Source: an uncultured Flavobacteriales bacterium
GTDB lineage: Bacteria > Bacteroidota > Bacteroidia > Flavobacteriales_D > JABDKJ01
Direction of reading: 5' to 3'
DNA length: 64,000 nt
Assembly: GCA_964609215.1 (NCBI GenBank)
Contig: CAZSQZ010000009.1
Location: forward strand, 16,394-80,393
Below, one piece after another: positions 51,301 to 61,111 of the stretch; the first letter of the stretch is position 1; each line of letters starts with the position of its first letter. A program made the position numbers and the translations under genes. Under the pieces are notes generated by a model that searched no databases, was not told the DNA's origin, and saw only the letters and a program-made list of their open reading frames with translations.

Positions 51301-51514
51301 ACTCAGGCTGAAAATCTGGATTAATTTGGCTTGCATTATTTCCATTTCCACTTATATCCTCCCAATGTAAAACTCCATCCATATCTACAGAAACTCCAGA
51401 GTCTGCCTGTAATCTTAAAATAAGACTTTGAATGTCCTCTATTTCTTGTCCAAATGAGCACAATGGAAGGCTTACAACTAAATAAATTACAACTAATTTG
51501 GTAAGTAGTTTCAC
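48377..51514 (-). CDS. large secreted protein with LamG-like domain and multiple PKD repeats, T9SS cargo
   Basis: Signal peptide. At least five PKD-like repeats (WxWDFGDG...). C-terminal Por_Secre_tail (LILFPPYPNPNKGALNF...GSYLLRLSVGSNSQIQWFFVE). Confidence 0.6.
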   Translation of the reverse strand: MKLLTKLVVIYLVVSLPLCSFGQEIEDIQSLILRLQADSGVSVDMDGVLHWEDISGNGNNASQINPDFQPELRENIPFLNNQSAFFFDGSDDVFLINNSIEIASCVIVFNSETNTITPFSGLITEQSGGPGSILIINSSGVPAFFTNGFFQSNFEVNAVPGSAYSNPTEYKYALGTSASQGSFSSLIIGNDRDQLFRNWHGNIAEILAFNQELSESEKETVYDYLIEKYTPVLDLGADITFDGFCPDSIGIDDSFRSYLWSTGETTPKIEVSESGTYILNTISDFGIESSDTIEVSFPGNFIQDFSLCIGNDSTWEIGLGNSNFTYQWNDMSVNSNFLIEEEGEYYVQVTDQNNCVFQSDTVMVDIDNFPNTASLGPDLSLCSGNTLQLISGQDEAVSYEWNDLSSDPELVVNVSGTYWVEAENENGCIAQDTIDVTIIGQAPTASFIANNFCLGEQVDFSDLSFPPGGETISSWTWDFGDGNGSNDPNPGHLFDDLGSYTVSLVVETPAGCADIFETEIQINPLPEVDFLVSNLCSDQDAFFDDNSTISNGNINNWSWDFGDSSSANGQNVGHTYAEPGSYNVTLTATSDVNCSNEQSITITINPSPVSNFTASSTCLGQATVFSQNIDTTIAGPIQIYAWDFDNGFTSNFPTTSQTYFVPGSFNVSLSVTSILGCVDDTVQIVNINDLPNAGFSNLNACIGESTLFMDTTNIFLTDSIAEWNWNFSNQGASDLANPSFTFNSTGNFNVSLEVTSQAGCEASAQEIITVFEDPDPNFEFDPTIGLPPLDVTFNNLTTDANDFVWNFGNGDSSLDFSPQYTYLDTGIFTIQLLAINNDNCSDTINKTILVIEPIFELDLADISCVIDNGQIFASAIVSNFGNHDINTFEINLNVGNGPRITETWNGLLRPGETLIYDFVAAPEYSPALHHEFLCSTVSMPNGNNRELTLENNTRCKALIEDEFILFPPYPNPNKGALNFDFLLPIDNLVILEIIDAQGRTIKYREIDGTNGHNNHLIHVPTLEVGSYLLRLSVGSNSQIQWFFVE

Positions 51515-51606
51515 TTCTAGAAAAATATAGATTTTTTATCTAATCTGTATACCTAATTTAAAAAGATAAAAACAGAAAAGTTGAAAAATGAATGCCTTGA
51601 TAATCA

Positions 51607-52545
51607 ATGAGGATTAGATTAGTTTTGCGTATGTCAGAAAAAATAACTCACCCAATAAATGAAAACTGGAAATTTGAAATTCAAGACAGAATTTCAACAG
51701 ATAAGATAATAGAAGGGTATAAAAGAGTTTATGATTTCGATTGCAGTTATTTGTTTGCGGATATTCAAGAAGTCAATTTATGCAGGTGCGAAGAGACGGG
51801 CTTTAGATTTTATTCTCCTAGATCTATTAGTGGCGATTCCAAATTCTACGAGTATTTTGAAAATTTCGAATGGTATTATCTGAAATGGAAATGGGAACAT
51901 GATGAGTCTTTAGAATATATCAAAAGTGATTCCAAGGTTCTTGAAGTTGGCTGTGGCAGAGGAGATTTTATTTCAAAAGTACACCAGGATATTGGAGCTG
52001 AAACGGTTGGTTTGGAGTTGAATAAGAATTCTGCTTTGTCAAATCCAGAATTAATAGTGGAGGAAAGCGTACAGGAACATGCAGAGAAAAAACCAAATTT
52101 TTATGATGTTGTTTGTTCCTTTCAGGTTCTAGAGCACATAAGTGATGTCGGGTCTTTTTTGATGGCTAAAACAAAATGCTTGAAGCCAGGGGGAATAATG
52201 ATTATATGCGTTCCAAATAATGACAGCTTCATTAAATTGGATCATTTTAATTTGTTGAATATGCCTCCACATCATATGGGCTTATGGAACGAAGAGTCAT
52301 TGCGTTCTTTATCAAATGAACTTGGATTAGAGCATGTTAAGACTTCTTTTGAACCCCTTCAGGAATATCATTTAGATTATTACTATCGACTCAAGTGTAT
52401 TTCAATTCTCGGTGAGAGATTGGGTAGTTATTTCACTGCTATTATTAATAAGTTTGGATTAAAAGCTTTTGTGCATGGTTTAATTCGAAAGAGATCAAAG
52501 AGAATTAAAGGACATTCCATTTTTATTGCATTTAGAAAACTCTAG
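51607..52545 (+). CDS. class I SAM-dependent methyltransferase
   Basis: Motif I VLEVGCGRGDF. The likely start is MSEKITHP (~51637). Confidence 0.6.
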   Translation: MRIRLVLRMSEKITHPINENWKFEIQDRISTDKIIEGYKRVYDFDCSYLFADIQEVNLCRCEETGFRFYSPRSISGDSKFYEYFENFEWYYLKWKWEHDESLEYIKSDSKVLEVGCGRGDFISKVHQDIGAETVGLELNKNSALSNPELIVEESVQEHAEKKPNFYDVVCSFQVLEHISDVGSFLMAKTKCLKPGGIMIICVPNNDSFIKLDHFNLLNMPPHHMGLWNEESLRSLSNELGLEHVKTSFEPLQEYHLDYYYRLKCISILGERLGSYFTAIINKFGLKAFVHGLIRKRSKRIKGHSIFIAFRKL

Positions 52546-53715
52546 TTAGTGATTTAGTATCTCAGAAAAAAGATTTGAATAACTCTTTTCCTGTTCTTTC
52601 AGTGCAAATTTTTGCCTTGCTTCCTGTGAAATTAGACTCTTGTTAAAGTTTAATTTTAAAGCTTCTTCAATTGTTTTTTCAAGGTTGCTGGAATTTAATT
52701 CTTTTGCGAGTAAACCATTCTGACCTTCCTTTATTAATTCAGGAATTCCTCCAACCGCAAAGCCGATCACAGGTGTTCCGCAACACAATGACTCTAGAAT
52801 AGTGTTTGGTGAATTGTCTATCAATGATGGAATAACAAATAAATCTGCACTACAATATTTTTTTGCCATCTCACTTTCATCATGAATGGTTCCGGTAAAT
52901 TCAACAGAATCATTTGACAATCCTTTATTATCTCCTACCGCAATCCAATTATATTTAGATGAGTTTTTTAAGATTAACTCCTTCAATATTGAAAAGCCCT
53001 TTCGTTTATTTTTAATGCTTTCAGCTACAAATAGAATAGTTGGCTTTCGGTTTTGATCTGTATTAATAGATCTATATTTATCACTAAAGATGTTGGTATC
53101 AACAGCGTTTGGAATATGATAAAATTTAGAAGATTTAAATACTGCACTTTTTTTAGCTTTTTCCAATAACCATTTTGATGGGCTTACAACATGGATTTTT
53201 TTATTGGAACAAGCTGTGATCTTTACATTTAAATTCTCTTGAATTATATCTTGATGGCTCTTGAAATTGTCAATTTCATAATGGTATCCGCCTGTGAAAG
53301 CCTCCATATCGTGTAAGGTCCAAACCAAAGGCTTTTTGTTTTTCTTAAAAAATGAAGAGTAGTCTAGTAAATTAGATACCCAATGTAAATTTATCAGGTC
53401 TGCCTTTTTGTATAGTGGGTGTTCTAGGATATCTTCTGGATGAATAGGAAAATTAAATATTTCAGTTTTATGAAGAAGCTCTAGATTCTCTTTACGCAAT
53501 TTTACAAGTTTTCTATGTCTGATTAAATGAGAAGGCCGCAATAGATTTTGAATTTTCCTTGGTTCAAATATCAGCTGAGGAAATTTTTTGTTTTCGGAAA
53601 TTTTGAAAAGAACATTAACGCTGAACACCGTGTTTTTATCAAATGCTTTGCATAGCCTTATGCATGCTTTTCCTGCTCCACCAGTTGAATATGAATTGAT
53701 TAACAATATATTCAT
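52546..53715 (-). CDS. glycosyltransferase family 4 (GT-B, RfaG-like)
   Basis: C-terminal E..L..GTPVIGFAVGGIPELI (EX7E region). 389 aa. Confidence 0.65.
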   Translation of the reverse strand: MNILLINSYSTGGAGKACIRLCKAFDKNTVFSVNVLFKISENKKFPQLIFEPRKIQNLLRPSHLIRHRKLVKLRKENLELLHKTEIFNFPIHPEDILEHPLYKKADLINLHWVSNLLDYSSFFKKNKKPLVWTLHDMEAFTGGYHYEIDNFKSHQDIIQENLNVKITACSNKKIHVVSPSKWLLEKAKKSAVFKSSKFYHIPNAVDTNIFSDKYRSINTDQNRKPTILFVAESIKNKRKGFSILKELILKNSSKYNWIAVGDNKGLSNDSVEFTGTIHDESEMAKKYCSADLFVIPSLIDNSPNTILESLCCGTPVIGFAVGGIPELIKEGQNGLLAKELNSSNLEKTIEEALKLNFNKSLISQEARQKFALKEQEKSYSNLFSEILNH

Positions 53716-53814
53716 CGGTCAAAAATATTAATAAATAGATTGTAGATTAATTATTTGAATTAATGAGGCTAAAAAATGATATTCCTTTAATTTGCAATCT
53801 AGAGAATTTAAGCA

Positions 53815-54591
53815 ATGACCAATAAAAGAAAACTAGTTATAATTCTAGGGTATCCAAAAAGTGGAACAACTTGGTTAACTAGACTTACAGCAGATTTGTT
53901 GAATTCCCCAATAAAAGGTTTTTTATACTCAGATCATTCCGACTTAATTATTGATGGTAAAGACAGAGAAGGCGAATACGAAATTTTCAAAGGACATCAG
54001 CAATTATCGGAAATACGTTCCGAAGAATTAAATTCTGCAAAGATTATCTACATCTATCGCGATCCACGGGATGTTGCAATTAGCGCTAGTCATTATTTCT
54101 ACAATAGAGAATTATGGGAGCCTTTTAATAAAATTGCACTGAGAAGAAAGCCAAAGTATATTCTTAAGATGATAATTGGTGGCAAATTAGGCCCCTATTT
54201 AATTAGAAATAGAGTGATTAACGCAATTCTAAATGGTGACAAGAATTTAGATTTTTGGTGCAGAATTTCATGGATTGAACATGTTCAGCCCTTCATAGAA
54301 AACAGGAACATTTTAAGTCTTAGATATGAGGACTTGTTAAATGATACACATTTGAAGGCAACTGAAATTGCTAATTTCATAGATGAAGAAATTCAGAATG
54401 ATCAAATAATTAAATCAATAGAGAATCAATCTTTTTCACATTTAAAGAAAAAGTTCAAAGACCATAAGGTTCAGAAGAAATTTCTTAGATCTGGAAATAA
54501 GGAACAATGGAAAAAGGTATTGACTGAAAGGCAAAAGCAAAAGTTTGATAGTCGCTTATCTACGCATTTGAAAAAGATGAAATTTAATTAA
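53815..54591 (+). CDS. sulfotransferase domain protein
   Basis: 5'-PSB motif PKSGTTW and 3'-PB motif RDPRDVAIS, both PAPS-binding. Confidence 0.65.
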   Translation: MTNKRKLVIILGYPKSGTTWLTRLTADLLNSPIKGFLYSDHSDLIIDGKDREGEYEIFKGHQQLSEIRSEELNSAKIIYIYRDPRDVAISASHYFYNRELWEPFNKIALRRKPKYILKMIIGGKLGPYLIRNRVINAILNGDKNLDFWCRISWIEHVQPFIENRNILSLRYEDLLNDTHLKATEIANFIDEEIQNDQIIKSIENQSFSHLKKKFKDHKVQKKFLRSGNKEQWKKVLTERQKQKFDSRLSTHLKKMKFN

Positions 54592-54637
54592 TGGTAACTA
54601 ACTTTAATTTTGTTGTATAGCTGCCTAAGTATATAGA

Positions 54638-56371
54638 ATGAAGCAAAACATAATTATTAAATCTACACTTAAGACCTTGAGGATTTTGCCAAGGCGTCAT
54701 AAGAAGATTAGTATTGGCGTTTTGTTTTCTATGATTTTTTCGTCTCTATTGGATCTTTTTGGGATAGCTAGCATTTTTCCATTGTTGTTGCTATTGGTTA
54801 AACCGGGGGTGATTTTCGAAAATCCTTATTTGTATGCCATATATCAGTTTTTGGGATTGGAAAGTGAAAAGGAATTCATTATTGCTATGGCCATAATCTC
54901 ATTCTCTCTTCTCTTTTTAAAGAATGTGATTTATTTCATCAATCTTAGATTTCAGGCTAGATTCGCAATGGGAGTCCTAAGACATCTTACATCTCGTCTA
55001 ATGGACATTTATTTTGCAAAAGGCTACTTCTTTTTGACAGAGAATAATACCAATCATTTAGCAAAGAAAATTGCAATGTATCCTAGGGTCTTTAGTCTTG
55101 GGTTAGTGTTGCCTTTGCTAAAGATTATGAGTGAGTTTTTAATTTTATTAGTGATAATAACATTACTGGTAATTTTTTATTCAAAACTTATTTTTGGATT
55201 CCTTCTCTTTGTTATTCCTCTATTTTATGTATTCTATCGACTTACCAGAAAAAAGTTATCTGTTATTGACAAAGAAACGGCAGACTATACCTATAGAAGC
55301 CAACACTCATTGTTTGATGTGCTAAATGCAGATTTGGATATTAGAATAAGTGGTAACTATTCCTTCTTTAAGAAGAGATTTACGAATAATATTTCCCAAG
55401 AATCGAATTTAAGAATCTGGTCTATTCTTTTTTCAGAGGCACCAGTTAAGATCATAGAATTGGGAATAATGACTGCTATTATTACTTTGTTTCTTGTCAT
55501 TTCATTTTCTAATTATCCCGTAGAGCAGATAGTGGAAACTCTCGGAGTTTTTGGTTTAGCTGCTTTCAGATGTGTGCCCTCAATGAACAGAATAGCAACC
55601 GGTGTTATTAAGCTAAAATCAAATGAGTTTACTTTTGATTCATTGGATGAGATCGAACTTAGTAATAAGGAAGCAAAGATAGCTCAAAGTGAAGATTTGG
55701 TGTTTAATAAAAACATCAAGTTTGATAATATTTCTTTTACTTATCCAGGCACGCAGAACTTAATTCTCGATAGATTTTCCTTTACAATAAATAAGGGACA
55801 ATCAGTTGGTATTATTGGACAATCTGGTTCAGGCAAGACCACTTTGATGAATATTTTTCTTGGCTTCCTTACACAGTCTGAGGGTGATTTATTACTAGAT
55901 GGAATTGTATTAGACGAAAGAAATAAAAAGGCTTGGCACAAGAAAGTTGGATATGTGAAGCAAGAAGTATTTCTTCTTGACGATACTTTACTGAATAATA
56001 TTGCTTTTGGAGATACTTCTCCTGATATTAATTTAGTGAATGATCTGGTTGAAAAAGTACAATTGAAATCATTTGTAGATTCTTCAGAAAAAGGAATACA
56101 CATAAATGTAGGAGAGAAAGGTGCAAAAATTTCTGGTGGGCAAAGACAGAGAATTGGTATTGCAAGAGCTCTTTACAAAAATCCAGAAATTTTGGTTTTT
56201 GATGAAGCAACTTCCGCTTTAGATGAAAATACAGAAGATGAAATTTTAGATCTTATTAAAAGTTTATCTGTCTCAAATCTTACTACACTTATAATCTCGC
56301 ACAGGAAACGAACTTTTAAGTACACTGATGAAATAATTGATTTTGACAAAATCAATAAACAGAAAACTTAA
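54638..56371 (+). CDS. ABC transporter, fused permease/ATP-binding exporter (polysaccharide/lipid export type)
   Basis: N-terminal 6-TM domain. C-terminal NBD with Walker A GQSGSGKTT, signature ISGGQRQR and Walker B LVFDEATS. Confidence 0.7.
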   Translation: MKQNIIIKSTLKTLRILPRRHKKISIGVLFSMIFSSLLDLFGIASIFPLLLLLVKPGVIFENPYLYAIYQFLGLESEKEFIIAMAIISFSLLFLKNVIYFINLRFQARFAMGVLRHLTSRLMDIYFAKGYFFLTENNTNHLAKKIAMYPRVFSLGLVLPLLKIMSEFLILLVIITLLVIFYSKLIFGFLLFVIPLFYVFYRLTRKKLSVIDKETADYTYRSQHSLFDVLNADLDIRISGNYSFFKKRFTNNISQESNLRIWSILFSEAPVKIIELGIMTAIITLFLVISFSNYPVEQIVETLGVFGLAAFRCVPSMNRIATGVIKLKSNEFTFDSLDEIELSNKEAKIAQSEDLVFNKNIKFDNISFTYPGTQNLILDRFSFTINKGQSVGIIGQSGSGKTTLMNIFLGFLTQSEGDLLLDGIVLDERNKKAWHKKVGYVKQEVFLLDDTLLNNIAFGDTSPDINLVNDLVEKVQLKSFVDSSEKGIHINVGEKGAKISGGQRQRIGIARALYKNPEILVFDEATSALDENTEDEILDLIKSLSVSNLTTLIISHRKRTFKYTDEIIDFDKINKQKT

Positions 56372-56392
56372 GCAAAACCCATTTTTGAAGTT

Positions 56393-57352
56393 ATGCAAGA
56401 CGAAAACTACTTCTTTCATGTTGGACTTCCCAAGACTGCAAGCACCTTTTTGCAGAAGGAAGTTTTTCCAAAGCTTGAAGAAGTTTTTTATTTAGGACGC
56501 CCTTATACTCAGGAGAACAAGGCTTTTAATCACTTGCAGTACGCAGATGGTCCAAATTATTCTTCTCAATTGATGCTTTCTGAATTTGAAAAGATTGAAA
56601 AGAGCAGGAAGGGTCGAAGTGTGTTAATATCCGATGAACTTTTATCTGGCCTTCCAACAAGTAATTTTATGAATAGGGGGACTATTGCTGAAAGAATCAA
56701 TACCATACTGCCTAATAGTCAGATAATTATTTTTTTAAGATCTCAAAGGACATTGATTGAATCACTGTATAATCAATATGTGAAGGTTGGATGGTTTTCC
56801 GAAGAATTGGATCCTGATATGTTGCATTCGCCTGGAAAGGGATTTGAACTGGAAAAATGGCTCGATGGGCAAAGGTCTTGGAATATTAGCAATAGACATT
56901 TTAATCACCGTTCTTATTTTTCAATTGATCATTTTAGGTATAGTACATTATTGGATTTTTATAATCAACTGTTCAATAAGGTTCATATTTTTTTATTCGA
57001 AGATTTAGAATCGGATTTTGAAAGTTTGCTGATAAGACTCTGCAAAGTCCTTAATTCAAAGAATCCAACCGAGATACAATTTGAAAGAAAAGTTAATGCT
57101 GGCATGGGCAGTAAGGACTTAGCTCATAAAATTGTTTCCAATAAATTAAAAGGCCTTGAAAGTTATTTTGGCAAAATAGAACAATTTTTAGTTAGGAAGT
57201 ATGTCAACTTAAAAAAAGGAAAAGAAGCTACTGATTTTTCAGTTATAGATAATAAGCTGCTACAGGCAGGATTATATGAAGACAATAAATTGATAAACTC
57301 GAAATTTAAATTGGGAATGGAAAAATATCCAGCAGCATTTTTTAAGGAGTAA
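56393..57352 (+). CDS. sulfotransferase family protein (Sulfotransfer_3-like)
   Basis: N-terminal HVGLPKTASTFLQ P-loop-like PAPS-binding motif typical of this family. Confidence 0.45.
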   Translation: MQDENYFFHVGLPKTASTFLQKEVFPKLEEVFYLGRPYTQENKAFNHLQYADGPNYSSQLMLSEFEKIEKSRKGRSVLISDELLSGLPTSNFMNRGTIAERINTILPNSQIIIFLRSQRTLIESLYNQYVKVGWFSEELDPDMLHSPGKGFELEKWLDGQRSWNISNRHFNHRSYFSIDHFRYSTLLDFYNQLFNKVHIFLFEDLESDFESLLIRLCKVLNSKNPTEIQFERKVNAGMGSKDLAHKIVSNKLKGLESYFGKIEQFLVRKYVNLKKGKEATDFSVIDNKLLQAGLYEDNKLINSKFKLGMEKYPAAFFKE

Positions 57353-57384
57353 ATTTAAACTCATTACACGTAAGCATCGCTTAA

Positions 57385-58278
57385 ATGAACTACACCATCC
57401 AAGAAATAGACATACACAATAATCGGATTAGGGAGCAAATAATAGTTCTAGTAGATCGCGTTTTTAATTTGAAAATAGACCATCAAAAATTAGTGAAAAA
57501 CACGGAAACCAGAAATGGCAAGACCTTATATCTTGGTGCCTTTTACGGTGATGAATTAGCAGCTATAAACTTTTTTATTGGTCATGAATTACAAATAGAA
57601 GCTGATAATATAATTGCACATCAAAGTTGTTGGTCAGCGGTATCTCCAGACCATAGAAGAAAAGGCTTGTTTTCCAAATTAATAGAAGAAGCAAAAATCA
57701 TCTTGAAGAATAAAAATAGTGCATTTATTTTTGGCTTCCCGAATCAGAATTCAGAGGGTATTTTTATAAATAAATTAGGTTTCAAATCCTACCCAATGTC
57801 AAAATTAAATATCCCTGCAAATCGACTTTTAGGGTTTACATTGAACCGGGATCTAAAGAAAATTGATAGTGATTTTTATCTTAAGACAGAAAAATGTGTT
57901 CTTCCTTTAGAAGGTGAGATTTATGAATGGAAAAGAGAAGAATTTGGAAATGATGTTTACTTGTTTTCAAGCTATAATAATCTGGTCTGGGGCAAAAGAA
58001 GGAGAATTCAAAAATTTGGAAAGAATCTTACATATTTAGACGTAGGAGGAATTCAAGTTAATAAACCTAACTTGATACATGATTTGTTTGCAGAAATAAG
58101 AAGAGCAAAGAAATTTGATTTTTTTCAAATCGTTGCGAGTTCTAATGCTGTGTTTTGGGAAATGTTTAAAGGAGTTCAATTTGCTCCAAAGATTGAACCT
58201 TTAATAATTTATGATTTGAATTTATCTACATCAGCATTACAATTTCAATTTTTTAAAGGAATAAAAGATGTATTCTAA
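57385..58278 (+). CDS. GNAT-like acyltransferase
   Basis: RRKGLFSKLIEEA region resembling GNAT motif A. Confidence 0.4.
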   Translation: MNYTIQEIDIHNNRIREQIIVLVDRVFNLKIDHQKLVKNTETRNGKTLYLGAFYGDELAAINFFIGHELQIEADNIIAHQSCWSAVSPDHRRKGLFSKLIEEAKIILKNKNSAFIFGFPNQNSEGIFINKLGFKSYPMSKLNIPANRLLGFTLNRDLKKIDSDFYLKTEKCVLPLEGEIYEWKREEFGNDVYLFSSYNNLVWGKRRRIQKFGKNLTYLDVGGIQVNKPNLIHDLFAEIRRAKKFDFFQIVASSNAVFWEMFKGVQFAPKIEPLIIYDLNLSTSALQFQFFKGIKDVF

Positions 58279-58281
58279 AGA

Positions 58282-59145
58282 ATGAAGGCTCTAGTTAAAA
58301 AAGCATATAACATAGTTGCCTCAAAATCTTCATTGAGAAAGTATAAATTACAATTGCTGTTTGTATTTCATACAGAGAAAATATACAATGATGAAATTTA
58401 CAATAACCTAAAAGAATTTTGTTTCGAATATTATTCTTTGACCGGTGCCAAAGCTATTTGTACTATTATTCCACCAACCAACTTGAAGCTTCAAAAAGAA
58501 ATGAAAGAAGCATCTTTTGACAATGGCGAATTTGTGGAAAGATTACGTGAATTAGAAAAAATATCTACTCTAGGATATCATGGACATTTCTTTCAGAACA
58601 ATACTCCTGAATATTGGAACGCGATTCATTGCAATAGCTTTCAATCCACAGCGATGATTGATCAGTTCAATAAAGATTTGGAATGGTTTAAGAAGAATGA
58701 TATAAATCATAATGGAATTTATGCAGCTGGTTGGTGGTTTATGAATAGTAGTTTGATGGATATGTTATTGGCGAATGGGTTTAGATGCGATTTTTCATTT
58801 TCTTTACTGCCTTATTTCTATAATTCCTATTTCGCAAAATTAAGGCAAAGTGATGAGGTGAAATTGGGTGAAATTTTAAAATTAAGAAGTCCCAGTAAAT
58901 CCAATGAAATTATTGGTGTTCAGAATTTTATTGGAATTCAAAAGAGTTCAGACTTACTAGAATTCGATAGAAATTTGTTAAAGCTTATTAAAAGATATAA
59001 AATGCCGGATCAAATGATAGGAAGCGTTAATTCCCATGATTATGATCTTAATATTAAAAATGCTTTAACTGGAATTAAGCATTTATTGGAAGACTCAAAA
59101 GCTACTTTCCTGTCATTTAAAGATATACAAAAGCTGCACTCATGA
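58282..59145 (+). CDS. hypothetical protein in polysaccharide locus
   Basis: 287-aa ORF with tight spacing in the operon. No domain recognised. Confidence 0.3.
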   Translation: MKALVKKAYNIVASKSSLRKYKLQLLFVFHTEKIYNDEIYNNLKEFCFEYYSLTGAKAICTIIPPTNLKLQKEMKEASFDNGEFVERLRELEKISTLGYHGHFFQNNTPEYWNAIHCNSFQSTAMIDQFNKDLEWFKKNDINHNGIYAAGWWFMNSSLMDMLLANGFRCDFSFSLLPYFYNSYFAKLRQSDEVKLGEILKLRSPSKSNEIIGVQNFIGIQKSSDLLEFDRNLLKLIKRYKMPDQMIGSVNSHDYDLNIKNALTGIKHLLEDSKATFLSFKDIQKLHS

Positions 59146-59173
59146 TCCTGCGAAATTATAAAACACTCGTTTT

Positions 59174-60052
59174 TTAGTCCAGATTTTCAAGGTCAAATTC
59201 CTTGGGTAAAAAGAGATAGTTATACCCTTCCTTTTTTGATAATGAAGAAGTATCCATTTGTAAGCCATTAGAGTTTATACAAAACGCTTGATATTCGTGC
59301 TTTTCTAGAAAGTTCATTAACCAATTCCTTTTGTCTTCATCGGGAAAAGTTTCAAGTAGAATTTTTGGTCTATTTTTTTTCATCTGCGTACTCGCCCCTT
59401 TTAAAACTTCAATCTCATAACCTTCAACATCCACTTTAATAAGATCTATTTTTTCTAAGTTATGAAGTGAACAAAATTCGTCTATTGAAACTTGTTTGAC
59501 ATCTATCTTTTTCCACTCTATTTTTCCTTGATAAGTAGATTTACTAAAATCTTCTAATACAGAGGTGGTGTCTGAAATGATATTGTTCTTTGGAACATTA
59601 AGTTCTATCTTTTGAGTATTAGCACCTATTGCATATCTGGAAACTTGAATATTGCTAAGTTCATTTAGCTTGATATTCTCCTCTAATCTTTTAAAATTAA
59701 CGGGGTTTGGTTCAATTGCAAAAATTTTGGAATTGGGTTCTGACTTGCCACTAAGGATGCTATAAATTCCAGTATTTGAGCCAATATCTAGAATTACAGA
59801 ATCAGGTTTTATTAAACGCAAAAACTGCTTCAAATCATTAACCTCTGAGTATTTGAGCTTAAAATAAAGCTGGTCGACAATTCCATCATCACAACAATTT
59901 CTCATTTTGAAACTAATGTTGTTGAAGTTTATTCGAACAATTCCAGAGGTACGCCACCGAAGCTTTAATTTGTCAAATTGCTGGGGTAAAACTTTCAATA
60001 TATTTCTACCCAACAAATTGACAAGAGAATATTTTCTTATATCTTTTTGCAC
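59174..60052 (-). CDS. FkbM family methyltransferase
   Basis: VILDIGSNTGIYS motif and overall FkbM-like layout. Confidence 0.6.
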   Translation of the reverse strand: MQKDIRKYSLVNLLGRNILKVLPQQFDKLKLRWRTSGIVRINFNNISFKMRNCCDDGIVDQLYFKLKYSEVNDLKQFLRLIKPDSVILDIGSNTGIYSILSGKSEPNSKIFAIEPNPVNFKRLEENIKLNELSNIQVSRYAIGANTQKIELNVPKNNIISDTTSVLEDFSKSTYQGKIEWKKIDVKQVSIDEFCSLHNLEKIDLIKVDVEGYEIEVLKGASTQMKKNRPKILLETFPDEDKRNWLMNFLEKHEYQAFCINSNGLQMDTSSLSKKEGYNYLFLPKEFDLENLD

Positions 60053-60086
60053 TTTTAGGACTAGGACTCAATACTAATTAAAATAT

Positions 60087-61100
60087 ATGATAAACTCAGA
60101 TCTTCCAAAAATCTCTATTGTAACGCCCTCTTTTAATCAGGGTGCTTTTTTGGAAGAGACCATTGATTCTGTTTTGAGTCAGAATTATCCTAATCTCGAG
60201 TATATAATTATTGATGGAGGAAGTAGTGATAATTCTATTGAGATTATAAAAAGATACGAGAGGCATCTTACTTATTGGATTTCAGAAAAGGATAGAGGAC
60301 AAAGTCATGCAATAAATAAGGGTTTGAAAAAAGTTACTGGTGATATATTTAACTGGCTGAATTCAGATGATTTTTATGAACCAAAAGCACTATTTAAAGT
60401 AGGTGAGGTTTTTAAAGACAAAAGGGTGAAAATGGCTGCTTTTAGAAGTAATATTTTTGGTAAGGAAAGCAGGGTTTCAAAGGGCACAGATATATTCGAA
60501 AACTTAGAAAAAACGATTGCCTATTCTAGAATAGATCAGCCAGAAACATTTTTTAGTTTCGATGCGATAAAAGAAATCGGAGGTGTAAAAGAGAATATGC
60601 ATTATTGTATGGATCAAGACTTATACCTTAGATTCCTTTTCAAATATGGACTTGAGCCCATTGTTAAGAGGGAGGAGGTCATCGTTAACTTTAGAATTCA
60701 TGAAGATTCTAAAACAAACAATCATAGACAGAAATTCACTAATGAAAAAGACAATATGTTTTTGGCGCTGTCAAAAAAAAGCGATGAAAAGAAAATTGAG
60801 AAATTTATAGAAGGATTTATTGGTCAGGAAAACAATTTAGGTTTTACCTATGATGATCTTGTCATGAACAAATCTCATTTAAATGGAGCTATACATTATT
60901 TTTTATTTTTTAAGGGCATGTCTCTCTATGGTCAGTCCAGGTATAAGGATGCCCAAAAGTATTTTGAGCTTATAAATACAAAATTCCTATTAAAGGAAGA
61001 CCAAGATAGCTTGCGCAAGGTTATTTGGAGAAATAAAAATATTCCCAAACCTATTTTGGAGGTATTGAGAAATTTGAAATCAAAGACTTCAAATGCATAA
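60087..61100 (+). CDS. glycosyltransferase family 2
   Basis: ISIVTPSFNQ...YIIIDGGSSD (DxD region) N-terminal GT-A signature. Confidence 0.7.
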   Translation: MINSDLPKISIVTPSFNQGAFLEETIDSVLSQNYPNLEYIIIDGGSSDNSIEIIKRYERHLTYWISEKDRGQSHAINKGLKKVTGDIFNWLNSDDFYEPKALFKVGEVFKDKRVKMAAFRSNIFGKESRVSKGTDIFENLEKTIAYSRIDQPETFFSFDAIKEIGGVKENMHYCMDQDLYLRFLFKYGLEPIVKREEVIVNFRIHEDSKTNNHRQKFTNEKDNMFLALSKKSDEKKIEKFIEGFIGQENNLGFTYDDLVMNKSHLNGAIHYFLFFKGMSLYGQSRYKDAQKYFELINTKFLLKEDQDSLRKVIWRNKNIPKPILEVLRNLKSKTSNA

Positions 61101-61111
61101 TAAGAGAATTC